This document shows positions 27,040 to 40,600 of a stretch of 64,000 nt of DNA, in pieces. The position numbers and the translations under genes were made by a program. The DNA comes from Octopus vulgaris (lineage: Eukaryota). How positions within the stretch are numbered: position 1 is the first letter of the stretch; the number at the start of each line of letters is the position of its first letter. The notes under the pieces are model-generated. The model saw nothing but the letters and a program-made list of their open reading frames with translations. It ran no database searches and was not told the DNA's origin. The DNA lies in contig OX597814.1 in the NCBI GenBank assembly GCA_951406725.2, positions 107,074,001-107,138,000 of the forward strand, written 5' to 3'.

Positions 27040-30000
27040 TGTGTGTGCGTGCATGTGCGTGCGCGCATGTGAGTGTGTGTGTGTACTCTCACACACACAT
27101 ATATATATATATATTCATGAACTGTGGCACTCTGTCAGTTATGACGATGAGGGTTCCAGTTGATCCGATCAACAGAACAGCCTGCTTGTGAAATTAATGT
27201 GCAAGTGGCTGAGCACTCCACAGACACATGTACCCTTAACGTAGTTCTCGGGGAGATTCAGCATGACACAGAATGTGACAAGGCTTGGCCCCTTTGAAAT
27301 ACAGGTACAACAGAAACAGGAAGAAAGAGTGAGAGAAAGTTGTGGTAAAAGAGTACAGTAGGGTTCACCACCATCCCCTGACAGAGCTTTGTGGAGCTTT
27401 AGATCTTTTTGCTCAATAAACACTTACAACCATGATCCTATGACCAAGAGTCTGCTGCCCTAACCACTGGGCCATTGCGCCTCCACCATATTCATGATAA
27501 TATAAGTAATGTTTATCACTACCTAAACACAGGTGTTCTATAAGAACAGACAATACAGTTATTTTAACCCCAGGAGGACACCTCCTCTAGCTGATTGTTC
27601 AGTGTGTTTCACACTTGATATATATTGCAGCTATATATTCGAGCTATCAAGACCATCAGACTTTGTGGTTTCGACCTTATTATGCTTGTTGCAAAGTCAG
27701 TGAGTGTGTGTCACTTATTTTATATAAATAGCAAACTGGGGGTGAACTAATGCTATGTCTAGCAGATGAGTCTCGATCACTGAGGATGACCATAATAAGG
27801 TCAAAACCACGAGGTTTGGTGATCTTCATAGCTGGAATAGTAGGGAGTTCTCTCCCCGCTTGCATTATATATTGAGTGCAAAACACACAGAATAACCAGC
27901 TGGAGGAGGCATCCTCCTGGGGTTAAAGTAGCAGTATTGTCTGTTCCTCAAGAACACCCATGTTGAGATGGTGAGAAACATTACTTCTCAGTATAGATAC
28001 GGCTTTCATCTCTTATAGAGATCTTAACGAGAATATATAATTAATTATGAATTTATATCAATGTATATACTCATCTGTATACATATATATGTATGTATGA
28101 TATATATGAGGTCTAATCAATAAGGATCCGAACTGTTGCCAGAGTAACGAAGTTAAAGTACGCAGAGTGAAGCTGCTTGGCACAGATTAACCTTGAACTC
28201 TGTTGTGCATGCGCTCACTTTCACTGTTTACAGCAGTGCTTGGAAGGAAGGTGTGTAGCCTGTGATCGTTGCATTGACCATGACAGAAAGTTGAGCAGAG
28301 AATATGCATCAAATTTTGCCAAAAGCTTGGCGATACCTGCTCATGTATGTAAGCATGTGCATACATACACACATACATGTTATGTATGTAAATACACACA
28401 TGTATAATGCTGGACACCTGGTCATGGTGAACTTGGGTGGCAGAACTGTTGGTGTCTTGGATAAAATGCTTAGCAGCATTTCATCTGGTTCTAAGTTCTC
28501 AGTTCAAATTCCATTGAGGCTGGCTTTGCCTTTCATCCTTTTGGGGTCAAAAGGATAACATCAGTTGAGTATTGGTGTCGATGTAATGAACTTACCCACA
28601 ACTCTTATATTTGCTGACCCCTGTGCAAAGGCATCAAGCTGGCAGAATGGTCAAGCATGCCAAGCAAAATGCTGAGTGGTATTTCGTTTGCCACTACATT
28701 CTGAGTTCAAATCCCACCAAGGTTGACTTTGCCTTTCATCCATTCAGGGTCAATAAATTAAGTACCAGTGAAACACTGGGGTCGATGTAATCAACTAATC
28801 CCCTCCCCTGTATTTCAGGCCTTGTACCTCAGTAGAAAGGATTATTATTATCATTATTATTATTATCATTATTATTATTATCATCATCATTATTATCATC
28901 ATCATTATTATTATCATTATCATTATCATTATTATCATTATCAATATTATTATTATTATTAATATTATTATTATTATTATTAAAATTATTATTACAAAAG
29001 CGGTGAGGAAGCAGAATTGTTAGCACTCAAGACATATTTAGCAACATTTTCTCCAATTTCACGTTCTGAGTTCAAATCTCACCAAGGTTGATTTTTGCCC
29101 TTCATCCTTTCAGGGTTGATAAAGTAAGCACCAGTCATGCAATGGAGGCAATGTAATTGATCAGTCCTCTCCCTCAAAATTGCAGGTCTTGTGCCCATAG
29201 TAGAAAGAATTATAATAATTATCATGTAACTTACCTAGTGGATCCTCTCGCCCTTTGACGTCAGGGATAGTAAAGACTCCAGCAATTTCATGGCCAGATT
29301 TACGCAACAAGTGATAGACCTCAGCGCCAAAAACACTCTGTCCTATAATGGCAATTCTCATGCTGCTAAGTCTGGAAAAAAGAAAAACATCAGATCAACA
29401 AGGAATGGCACTCAAAGGATGGCACTGATTAAGAGAGAGCTTCATAATCTGTTCCATTGATAGAAGTATATCATAAAGAACGAATCAGGTTTGTCTTTAA
29501 AGAACAGCAAAAGGCTTTAGGATTGATTTGACCAAATGATGAACAACCACAAATCATCATTTAAGGCCTACACCAATGTCTAGGTGACATGTATGGCACA
29601 GTAAACACACACACACACACGAAGGCTGGAATGTCTTCTTTGCTGGTAGGAATAGATTGATGCCAACAAGAAATGACCAACTAGACTGCTATCTGGGTAA
29701 TATCGTGTGTAGAAGATGGGATAACACAGTGCAGTTATGAATTGGATCTTCAGTGACTGGGATAGAGAACGGTGGTAGGCTAGTGATATAGACTCAAAAT
29801 ATCTCGTGGAAGCGTCATCCAACCAAAGTACAAATATATGGGAAATTACCACCTGTATCATCTCTTGTGAAAGGTAGAAGAGTCCAGTTTTCTGGACATT
29901 GTTGTAGAGCTGAAAACGAGGTAATTTCTACTCTTCTCCTCTGGAAGCTATCTGCCTGCAATACTAGAGGGTGCACACTCTCCTACTCTAATGTAATCTC

Positions 30001-33000
30001 CAGGGATACAGGCATCCAGCAACGGGACCTCTGTAATGCTATGATAGACCATGAGGTCTGGCATAACATAATAAATTCCATTGTCTCGACCACAGTCGAA
30101 CAATGATGATGAACACAATGCATGTCATGTATTAATGTCTGAGTTCTTCTGTAGCTCAGGGAACCTCATAGCAGAGATTCCTCCTCCTACATTCCAAGAA
30201 ACCTCCATTCATACCCTCCCCCCAGTTCCTGTCCTGCATTGTTAACAATGTCAGGCAAGGGAGGTAACTCCCTATCTATAACACCCATAGCGCATTTCAG
30301 AATATCACAAAGGCCATTTTGTAATTTCCATTCAACCATTTTCTCTGCCAACTATTTCTGGGAGGAATTTGGTGATAAAGTTCTCAGGCTCCTCGACATA
30401 GGGTCCTATCAGAAACAACCATTGCTACACTTTCCTGCTGGATTCCCAAGCATTGCCGACTGAAATTACGAATATTTATCCAACCATCTCATACTTGTCT
30501 ACCCTTAGGTTTTCAGCCCGTTGACTCAGCTTGAAGAATGAAGAATTTGTTTTGCGACTCTCCCTGTGACATTCTAATCCCAGGTCCATATTACTAAATC
30601 TAGGATCTTTCAATGCAGAGAAGAAGTTGCAACTCAACCTGGAGAGACATCCTGATCTCTGAGCTATGCACCCTGTCAAGTAACGTTACCCCCAGAGAGC
30701 CTTCAAAGGACCCCCATTTTAACTGCTTCTATTCACAATCATACGCTTTCAGTTATTACCCAACATTTATTTGTTGCCACCGTCACCTTACTGGCACATG
30801 TGCCGATGGCACATGAAAAACATCATTTAAGCATGGTCGTTGCCGGTGCCGCCGAACTGGCCCCGTGCAGGTAGCACGTAAAAAACACCTTTTGAGCATA
30901 GACGTTACCAGAACCACCTGACTGGCCCTTGTGCTGGTGGCATGTAAAAGCACCCACTACATTCTCGGAGTGGTTGGCATTAGGAAGGGCATCCAGCTGT
31001 ATAAACTTTGCCAGATGAGACTGAAGCCTGGTGCAGCCTTCTGGCTCACCAGTCCTCAGTGGAACCGTCCAACCCATGCCAGCATGGAAAGCAGACGTTA
31101 AACAACAATGACGATGATGATTCATGACTTGAGGTGAAGATAATGATTTTGGCATTTTTACCAATTTCTCCTCTTCTAAGAATCAAATGCTGAAGCTGGC
31201 ACTTTACTTTTCCAGCATCTGCAACTCCAGCATCCAATTCAGCCTTTTGTCTTCCATCATCATCATCATCACCATTTAACATCCGCTTTCCATGCTAGCA
31301 TGGGTTGGACGATTTGACTGAGGTCTGGCGAACCAGACTCCAATCTGATCTGGCAGAGTTTCTACAGCTGGATGCCCTTCCTAACGCCAACCACTCCGAG
31401 AGTGTAGTGGGTGCTTTTACATGCCACCGGCACGAGAGGCCAGTTTGGTGGTACTGGCAATGGCCATGCCCAAATGGTGCTTTTTACGTGCCACCTGCAC
31501 AGGAGCCAGTCCAGCGGCACTGGCAAGGACCTCGCTCTAATGTTTCACGTATCACTTGTGAATATGAGCCCAAGATATGCAAATTCCACTTGTCTCAATA
31601 ATGTTCTCCTAACAAGCAAAGTGGACTGGGACGAGTTCTTTGAAAGAACCAATGTTTTCAGTCTTTGCAATCCTAATTCTCATCCCTGCCCTGCAGCACT
31701 TGGCAGTGAACCCATTCTGTGCAACCTGGAGATCACCTTCCGATGAACCAAGTAGCGCCATGTCGTCTACAAATACCATTTCAAAAACATTAACAGACCA
31801 ACACATAACAACTTGTAGCCCCCACACACGACTTGGTTGCCTCCGCTTCTTCCTCTTCTACCACCACTACTACAACAGTCACTGCTCTTCAAGACAAATT
31901 GGCCGCCACACCAATTCCACCTCTGTTCACCTGTCTCTCCTCCCCTTCCTCCTCCTCCCACCACCTTTACTATGTCTCACTGTCAAGTCCTTCTTCCCCA
32001 GTACTGCAGTCCTCTGGAACCACCACCACCATCACTGCATACATTGGCCTATAAAAGTCTGAGTTAAATGTCAACCATCTCAATTTGGGATGTCCTCACA
32101 AAGGTCATGGCTGGAAACCTTTCTCCTTTCTGGAATTAACGAAACATTTTATTTTAGCTGAAACCAAATCTTGTCACCACAATGTACATACAGCATGGCC
32201 AGCACTGGTGTTCACACACACACATATGTATATGTGCATAGATATACACATACATACATAAATACAAATACATGCACATATACACACGTATATGACTGTA
32301 GAGATAGATGGGCAGATATACATACACACACAGATACTTACACATAAATGCATGCATAAATACACATACATGCATACACACATATACATGTACATAAACA
32401 CATAGAAGCACACAAATATATACATATATCCACACCTGAATACATACGTATGTACACACACATATATACACATGCTGTTGGTTTGATCAGAACGTACATG
32501 CTTGAAGTAAAAACATCAGAATCACAATAAATCATCTCATTCTTAATTCCAGACAATAATGATGATGATGGTTGTTATTTAGCTCCAGGTTATTTCTGCT
32601 TGAGCAGACATATAATTAAAGACTAACGCGACACCATCACTTTCTTCAATTCAATCTATGGCACCTCTCTCACTCACTCTCATACACTCATATAGTACTT
32701 ATCTAGCAATCTATATCAACCCATTTCTCCCAGTCTACACATCTCAAAAAAAAACCCTACCTACTTACATCCCTATCTTTCAACACCCACCCACCTGTCT
32801 CTTAGCCTGGACATCCATCTACCATTCATATATATATATTATATATATATAGGTGCAGGAGTAGCTGTGTGGTAAGTAGCTTGCTTACAAACCACATGGT
32901 TCCGGGTTCAGTCCCACTGGGTGGCACCTAGGGCAAGTGTCTTCTACTATAGCCTCGGGCTGACCGAAGCCTTGTGAGTAGATTTGGTAGACGGAAACTG

Positions 33001-36000
33001 AAAGAAGTCTGTTGTATATATGTATATGTATATATATGTATGTGTGTGTGTCTGTGTGTGTCTGTGTTCATCCCCCCAACATCACTTGACAACCGATGCT
33101 GGTGTATTTACATCCCCGTAACTTAGCAGTTTGGCAAAAGAGACTGATAGAATAAGTACTAGGCTTACAAAGAATAAGTCCTAGGGTTGATTTGCTCGAC
33201 TAAAAGCGGTGCTACAGCATGGCCACAGTCAAATGACTGAAACAAGTAAAAGAGTATATATATATATATATCAAAACAGGAGATTGGAACAATGTTTTGG
33301 TATTCTGTATTCACCATTACATGTGTTTCATTTGCTAATAGGAGTTACAATATTGTACATATAGCAGGAAGCATGTATAATATTGTACATATAGCAGAAA
33401 GCATGTATAATTTTGTATCTCCTATAAGCAAATGAAATGGTGAATAAATAATGCCAAAAATTTGTCCACACTCCTGTTTTGGTATTATTTCTATGCAGAA
33501 AATATTTCCCAGTATTTTCAATTCTTATGTATTCCTTGCACAAATATAGGCCTCACTGAGGCAATGACTAGTGACCGAGACCTTTGGAAAGATGCTGTGC
33601 TTGAGAAGACTCGGCAAGCCAAATGAGACAATAACCTCATGGCCTATGCCAGGGGTGTAACCAGCCCACTTATGCATACCTTTCCTTCATTGGACACTAA
33701 ACTTTGCTTGTGAAGACCTGTTGAGGCAAGTGAAATCGAAATCAAATTCGATGACTGGCATCCGTGCTAGTGGAGCGCTAAGAGCACCATCTGAGCGTGA
33801 TCTTTGCCAGAGCAGCTAACTGGCTTCCTTGTTGGTGGCACGTAAAAAGCACCATTTGAGCATGATCGTTACCAATGTCACCTTACTGGCACTTGTGCTG
33901 GTGGCACGTGAAAAAACATTTGAGTGAGGTCGTTGCCAGTGCTGCTGGACTGGCTCCTGTGCAGGTGGCACATAAAAAACGCCATTTGAGCATGGTTTTT
34001 GCTAGTACCACCTGACTGGCCCTCATGCCGGTGGCACATAAAATGCACCCACTACACTCTCGGAGTGGTTGGCATTAGGAAGGGCATCCAGCAGTAGAAA
34101 CTCTGCCAGATCAGATTGGAGCTGGTGCAGCCATCTGGTTCGCCAGTCCTCAGTCAAATCATCTAACCCATGCCAGCATGGAAAGCGGAGTCAAACGATG
34201 ATGATGATATAACATACAGATCTAAGATACTGGAATTAGTAGATGTACTTCAAGAGGACACACACACACACAGAGGCAGATAAACTAATCTCAATAAAAA
34301 CAAACCACTACAAACCATTGATTCCGATAAATATTTTAGCAACTCGTTTATTATCTTCATTAAAATTCATTAAGTTTTATTGCACTTGTTACTATTGTTG
34401 TTGAAGCTGCTGCTGTTGTTGTTGTAGTAAACAAACGAATGATTACAAAAGGTCGCAATGACCCAGAATTATGTCTTCAGTGACAACTGTTGACAAATTA
34501 TTTACATAACACATCTCCTTCCTGTCATCCCTGCTACCACTCCACCATTACTACCAAGTTCAGGTCAACCCGGAGAAAGCCTATCTCTGATAACAGCCAT
34601 TCCAAATGTGACCATTCAGCCTTTTCTTTTTCTTCAGTAGTACATAGGACACTTTAATCACACCAGGGAAGACAGAACAAATGATGTCCTGTTGTGAAGG
34701 TAAAACACATCCAGGAGAGATTGGAAAATGGCTGAGGATAAGAACATCCAACCTGAGGAAACAATGTCGAGAACTAGAAAACCATGAATGAGAAATGGTA
34801 ACCTGATTCGTCTTAGAAAAAATTCCTTTTAATTAAGAACTTCCTTAAGGTATGACAACCTGTTCAACCCATGCCAACATGCAAAACCAAGCATAAAATA
34901 ATAATGAGGATGATTTTGATATAGATAGGTGATGTATCATTTTGATAATGTAGATATTTGATAAGATTTTTATAACACAGGTGCCAGCACACCTGTGTGG
35001 CATAGGTATACAGGTATGGTTGTATGGTTGAGAAGTTTGCTTCCCAATCACACGGTTTCCGGTTCAGTCCCATTGCATGGCACCTTGGGCAAGTGTCTTC
35101 TACTATAGCCCTGAGATAACCAAAGCCTTGTGAATGAATTTGGTAGATGGAAACTGAAAGAAGCCCCCATCATATATCATCATCATCATTTAATGTCTGT
35201 TTTCTATGCTGGCATGGGTTGGGTGGTTTGACAGGAGATGGCGAACCGCAGGGCTGCACCACGCTCCAAGTGTCTGTTTTGACATAGTTTCTATAGTTTC
35301 CTAACACCAACAACATTACAGAGTGTACTGGGTGCTTTTTATGCTTGTGTGTGTGTCTGTCTGTCTCACTCTCCTTGTTTTGAAATCACACGACAGTTAT
35401 CAACAAGTGTCACATCACAAGTAGTATTGTTCATTTCTAATAGTCTACAAAACCACATCCAGTCACAGAGAAATATTATCTCGCTTGGAAACAAGTGAGG
35501 GTTGGCAACAGGAAAGGCATCCAGACATAGAAAAACCTGCCTTAGCAAACCCCATCCGACTCCTGCAAGCATGGAAAGTGGATTTTATGACGATGAGGAT
35601 TATGTTAATTACAGTGATTTGCATAATATTGAATCAATTATTTTTTATTGTATGTATATCCCACCACTAATCACTCAACTGGAAAACTTAATTTACCACC
35701 ACAATGACTAGAAATAGCGACCAGAAATAATGACTTCTGAATAATGATAAGAGTGGAATGTTGGGACAGAATAAAGCAATAATCTCGACAATATAGACAA
35801 CATTCACAGAAACAATACAAAGTACTCATGTGTGTGTTTCTATATGTAAAAACACATTCTGTGTGTATTTCTATATATACCTACATGTTGTTGTTGCTGT
35901 TGTCGCTGTTTAACCCATTTCAATATGATCCGGTAAATCTATGATGAAAGACATTCCATCTTTGACGGTTACATCTATTTTGGCCATAGTGTATCCAGGT

Positions 36001-37586
36001 GTACATTTGTAAATGTGTCCCTCTTCTTTCAAGATAGTTGGTTGCCACTTCTTGTAGATCAAGCCACCAAACAAAACTTACTGGAGGCCTTATATACATT
36101 CATATGGCTTCCCAACCACATGATTCTGGGTTCAATCCCATTGCATGGCACCTTGGGCAAGTGTCTTCTACTATAGCCTCGGGCCAACCAAAGCCTTGAG
36201 TACCCTAGGGGGTCCGACAAGTCATAAATCCCTGATAATTATCCATCATATGTTATTAGTCATTTGATGAGATATCTATATATATATATATATATATATT
36301 ATCATATATTATCATCATCAATTAACATGTTTTCTTTGTTGGCATGGGTTGGACAGCTTGGTAGGGGCTTGCAAGCCAGAAAGCTGGAGCAGGCTCCAAT
36401 TGTCTGTTTTGGCATGTCTATCGCTCGATACCTTTCCTAATGCCAACCACTTTACAGAATGGACTGGATGCTTTTTACATACCTCCACAATATGTGCACA
36501 TATGTATGTGTGTGTGTATATCATCATTATCATCATCATCATTTAGCGTCCGCTTTCCATGCTAGCATGGGTTGGACGGTTCAACTGGGGTCTGTGAAGC
36601 CAGAAGGCTGCATCAGGCCCAGTCTGATCTGGCAGTGTTTCTATGGCTGGATGCCCTTCCTAACGCCAACCACTCCGTGAATGTAGTGGGTGCTTTTTAC
36701 GTGCCACCCACACAGGTGCCAGACGGAGCTGGCAAACGGCCACGGACAGATGGTGCTTTTTATGTGCCACTGACACGGGGGCCAGGCGAGGCTGGCAACG
36801 GCCACGAACGGATGGTGCTTTTTACGTGCCACCGGCACGACGTGCAAATAAAACGACCATGAGGGTATATAAACTTACATTTGTTTTTGTTTTTTTCTAG
36901 AATTGCTGAATGTGTATTGTATGATACAAACAAAAAAGTGATAGTTCAAACATAGTATCGCCATTAAAACAGCAGAAAAATTGGATATTATTAGCCTTAT
37001 AAAGGTGGGAAAAGTTGTCAACAAACAGCATATATATATACGCACACATCTCCCCGCCCTGCACCCTGGTGAAGAGGATTGATTGGCAATAATCCAGTGC
37101 TGGTACCATGTAAAAAGCACCCAGTACACACTGTAAAGTGGTTGGCGTTAGGAAGGGCATCCAGCCATAGAAACCAAGCCAAATTAGACTGGACCTTGGT
37201 GCTGCTCTTCAGCTTGCCAGCTTTGGTCAAACCATCAAACCCATACTAGCATGGAAAATGGACATTAGCCCTTTCATTACCAATCCGGCTGAAACTGGCT
37301 CTGGCTCTGAAGGAGAAATGTCTTGTTTTCATAAGTTTTGAATTAAAATCTTCTACCAAACCTTGGTCACAATTTATGCTCCTAACACTAGTTTAATGAT
37401 AACTAAGTTATTTTACTAAATTCTGCCAGCACCGCCCTAACTGGCTCCCATGCCAGTGGTATGTAAAAAGTACCATCCAATCCTGGTCGATGCCAGCCCC
37501 CTCTGGCCCCTGTGCCACTGGCACATAAAAAAAGCACCTACTACACTCACTACACTTCCTCATGCCAACCACTCCAAGAGTGTATG

Positions 37587-37624
<38 letters not shown>

Positions 37625-40600
37625 CACACACACACACACATATATATATATAAATGTAAGATCCAGGGATTGAGATGTAGGAAGAAAGTTAGCTTCAAGC
37701 AAATCATAGTAAATATTAAAAAATCTTTCAGGAACAACAGAGGTTTATTGAGATGGAAGGTTGTGGATTTTTTCTTATTGAAGTATGATGAGCTGAAAAA
37801 AGGTTTTATATTTCACGGTAGGCGACCAGGGTTGCCGGGTGTGCAAATAAGAATAGAATAGTTAAGGAATAGAGTAGATAAGATCCGGGTTACATATGTT
37901 TAATAGTGAGCAGAACCTTGGAAGTGGTAAATATCCAAGCGAGGTGTATATCGCAGGCTACTCTTCAGGTAAAAGATATCTTGATTAAATGAAAGTTTAC
38001 ATTGTCGCAAGGAGGTACATGTTGATGCATGGCAGATTCACTCATACACACACTCATTCACACATACACACACACACACAGTTTGTTAAATTAGAATCTC
38101 TATGATATACTGATCAGACTAATTAGAACCGATATTAATTACTGGCCTAGATGAGTTCTAACTCTGAGCACATGTAAGTGATAGATGATGGAATATTGTA
38201 ATATCCCCCACCACCACCACCACCAAAATTAAATAAATAAATGTTATATAAAACATGGTCAAGGGCCAAACTAAATATTAGTTACTATTTCTAGAGAGTA
38301 AAAACGACCGCAAAGAGTTTTCGTTCTGAGTTTGTCAGCACCATATTTTGCGGTTGGACCCAACTTAACAAATCTATGATCAAAGACGTTCCAGCCCTGA
38401 CCATTTCGCACAGGACAGACATTTTACTGCCTGATAAGTTTTCTCTTTTTTTTGTTAGAAGGGCGGGTGTGATTTAAGAGAAATTTCGCTACTATTTCTA
38501 GACGGTAGAACGACCATGTAGAGGCTCCTTTGATGGCGAGGGCGGAGTTATTGGAAGGTTAAATTGTTGGAAAAAGAACAAGACATGTTCTGCAACATCG
38601 TAGACACATGCTGTGTTAAGTTCTTAATGGATCCTACACGTTGTTTATACTTGAATAACAAAGGTGGATATATTTACAGCAAGTGCCTGGCCTAGGTATG
38701 TTAATTATGTCACTAAACAACTTCTCAAAGGAGAAACCTCTAAGAGACTATTCGACCTGTTAGAAATAGCAGCCAGATCTCTCTCAAAGTACACCTTACT
38801 GTTGTGATAATTCACTCTTTTGATCATTGGTCCGCACGATCGAAGCTGACCAGCTTCTGTTTATTGGGAGCTATTATTAGCAGTTCTACGCAAATACTCA
38901 AGCTGGAATAACATTTAACTTGTGTCACTGCGACCGTTATTAAATATATTTTTGTTGCTTAATTCGGGATTCAGCAGCGAAATAGAGAGAACTGCTAACA
39001 CACAAACTGTGTTAAACTACCAAAGCTTTGACTACCTTTAGCTTTTCGTGTCTGTCTCAGAATAGAGAAGAGAGTAGGGCACTGAGTTATTTATTATATC
39101 CTTCCTGTTGTATACATTTGAAAGTCGTTGGTTGGTATACAGTATGTTATTTCAACAATTCATTTATAGATTTTATCAGTTGTTTGGCTGCGTGGTTCTG
39201 GTCTAGAATTATTGTTAAGGGTCGTATTCTATCGTCTTTGATGTTTTAAAGTTGTTGTGTTTCTGTTACAACCACGAGATACATCAATAAATGAAGGATT
39301 AATATATTTATATAATAAATGTAGCTAAACCCTATGGTATCATATACAAAACACCAATCCCAAATGCAAGTGAAACTGTCCGGGTTTTTCCTCAACTCTG
39401 CTGGTTCCCAGCATATACAAAACTCCACGCAGTTTTCAATGGCTCGTTACCTCATTTTCGCATACCTTGCTTGTCATTTTGCATTAATATTTATAGGGCG
39501 GACCATGACCACCCTCAAGCACCTATTCTTTATCTTCAACGACCAGAAGTCTTCGCTAGTTAGGAATACCTACCTTCGCTAGTTAGGAACAAGACTCCCA
39601 AACAGGCAACCGAGTGATGTTCTTTGTACGCGAGTGCGTGTCTAATTGAATATTCAGCAAAAGTACAACCAACCAACTTACGATGTTCGACTAAAACAAC
39701 AACAACAAAAAATATGTCGGGTGACTCCGTCTACATCTTCACACTTTTACGTGTGGGGAGGGAGGGTGTAATAAGTTATCTTCAAAGCAGACAAACTATT
39801 CAAGTAAATACCTATTTCTTTACTACCCACAAGGGGCTAAACACAGAGGGGACAAACAAGGACAGACAAACGGATTAAGTCGATTACATCGATCCCAGTG
39901 CGTAACTGATACTTATTTAATCGAGCCCCCGAAAGGGATGAAAGGCAAAGTCGACCTCAGCAGAATTTGAACTCAGAACGTAACGGCAGACGAAATACGA
40001 CTAAGCATTTCGTTCGGCGTGCTAACGTTTTTGCCAGCTCGCCGCCTATTCAAGTAAATATAAATGTCGATGTGAAGCTCTGTAAAAATGAGGGCCGAAT
40101 CTGGCTGCCAGGCTATTTCTTATCAATTCTCACGAGTCAGCAGTTTGTTTAGACTAGGACAGACACAACAGTTAAATATACATAAATAAATAAATTCGTT
40201 GACACTAAACATGATTTTAGTTAATCTAACCGTTAAACAACATATATGCATGCACACAACACTTATGCATATTCATGAACAGGAAACAAAACAATGTCGA
40301 AGGAAAGAGAATCGGTAAAAATCGCGAGTTTGGATAAGTGGGTATATTATGGAGAAGACGGACCCAAAGAGCTAAAGAAAGGGTTTCCATATTTTTTAAC
40401 ATATGCTTAAGGAAAAAAAACCCAGAACAATGAATTGCTTGATTTGCTGAAAGCTAAGACATGAATATAAATTAAATAAATTCCGGGTAATTATTTTATC
40501 GACTCCGAGAAGATTGATACCAACAGAATTTGAACTTGGATACATTAGCTTCGCTAAACACGACGTCTTATCACTAGAATACTTCGATAAAACCAAAGAA

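Noticed and set aside
32851-32930. tRNA gene
   Set aside because: The A/B-box-like motifs are the head of a multicopy SINE and no full cloverleaf is evident.
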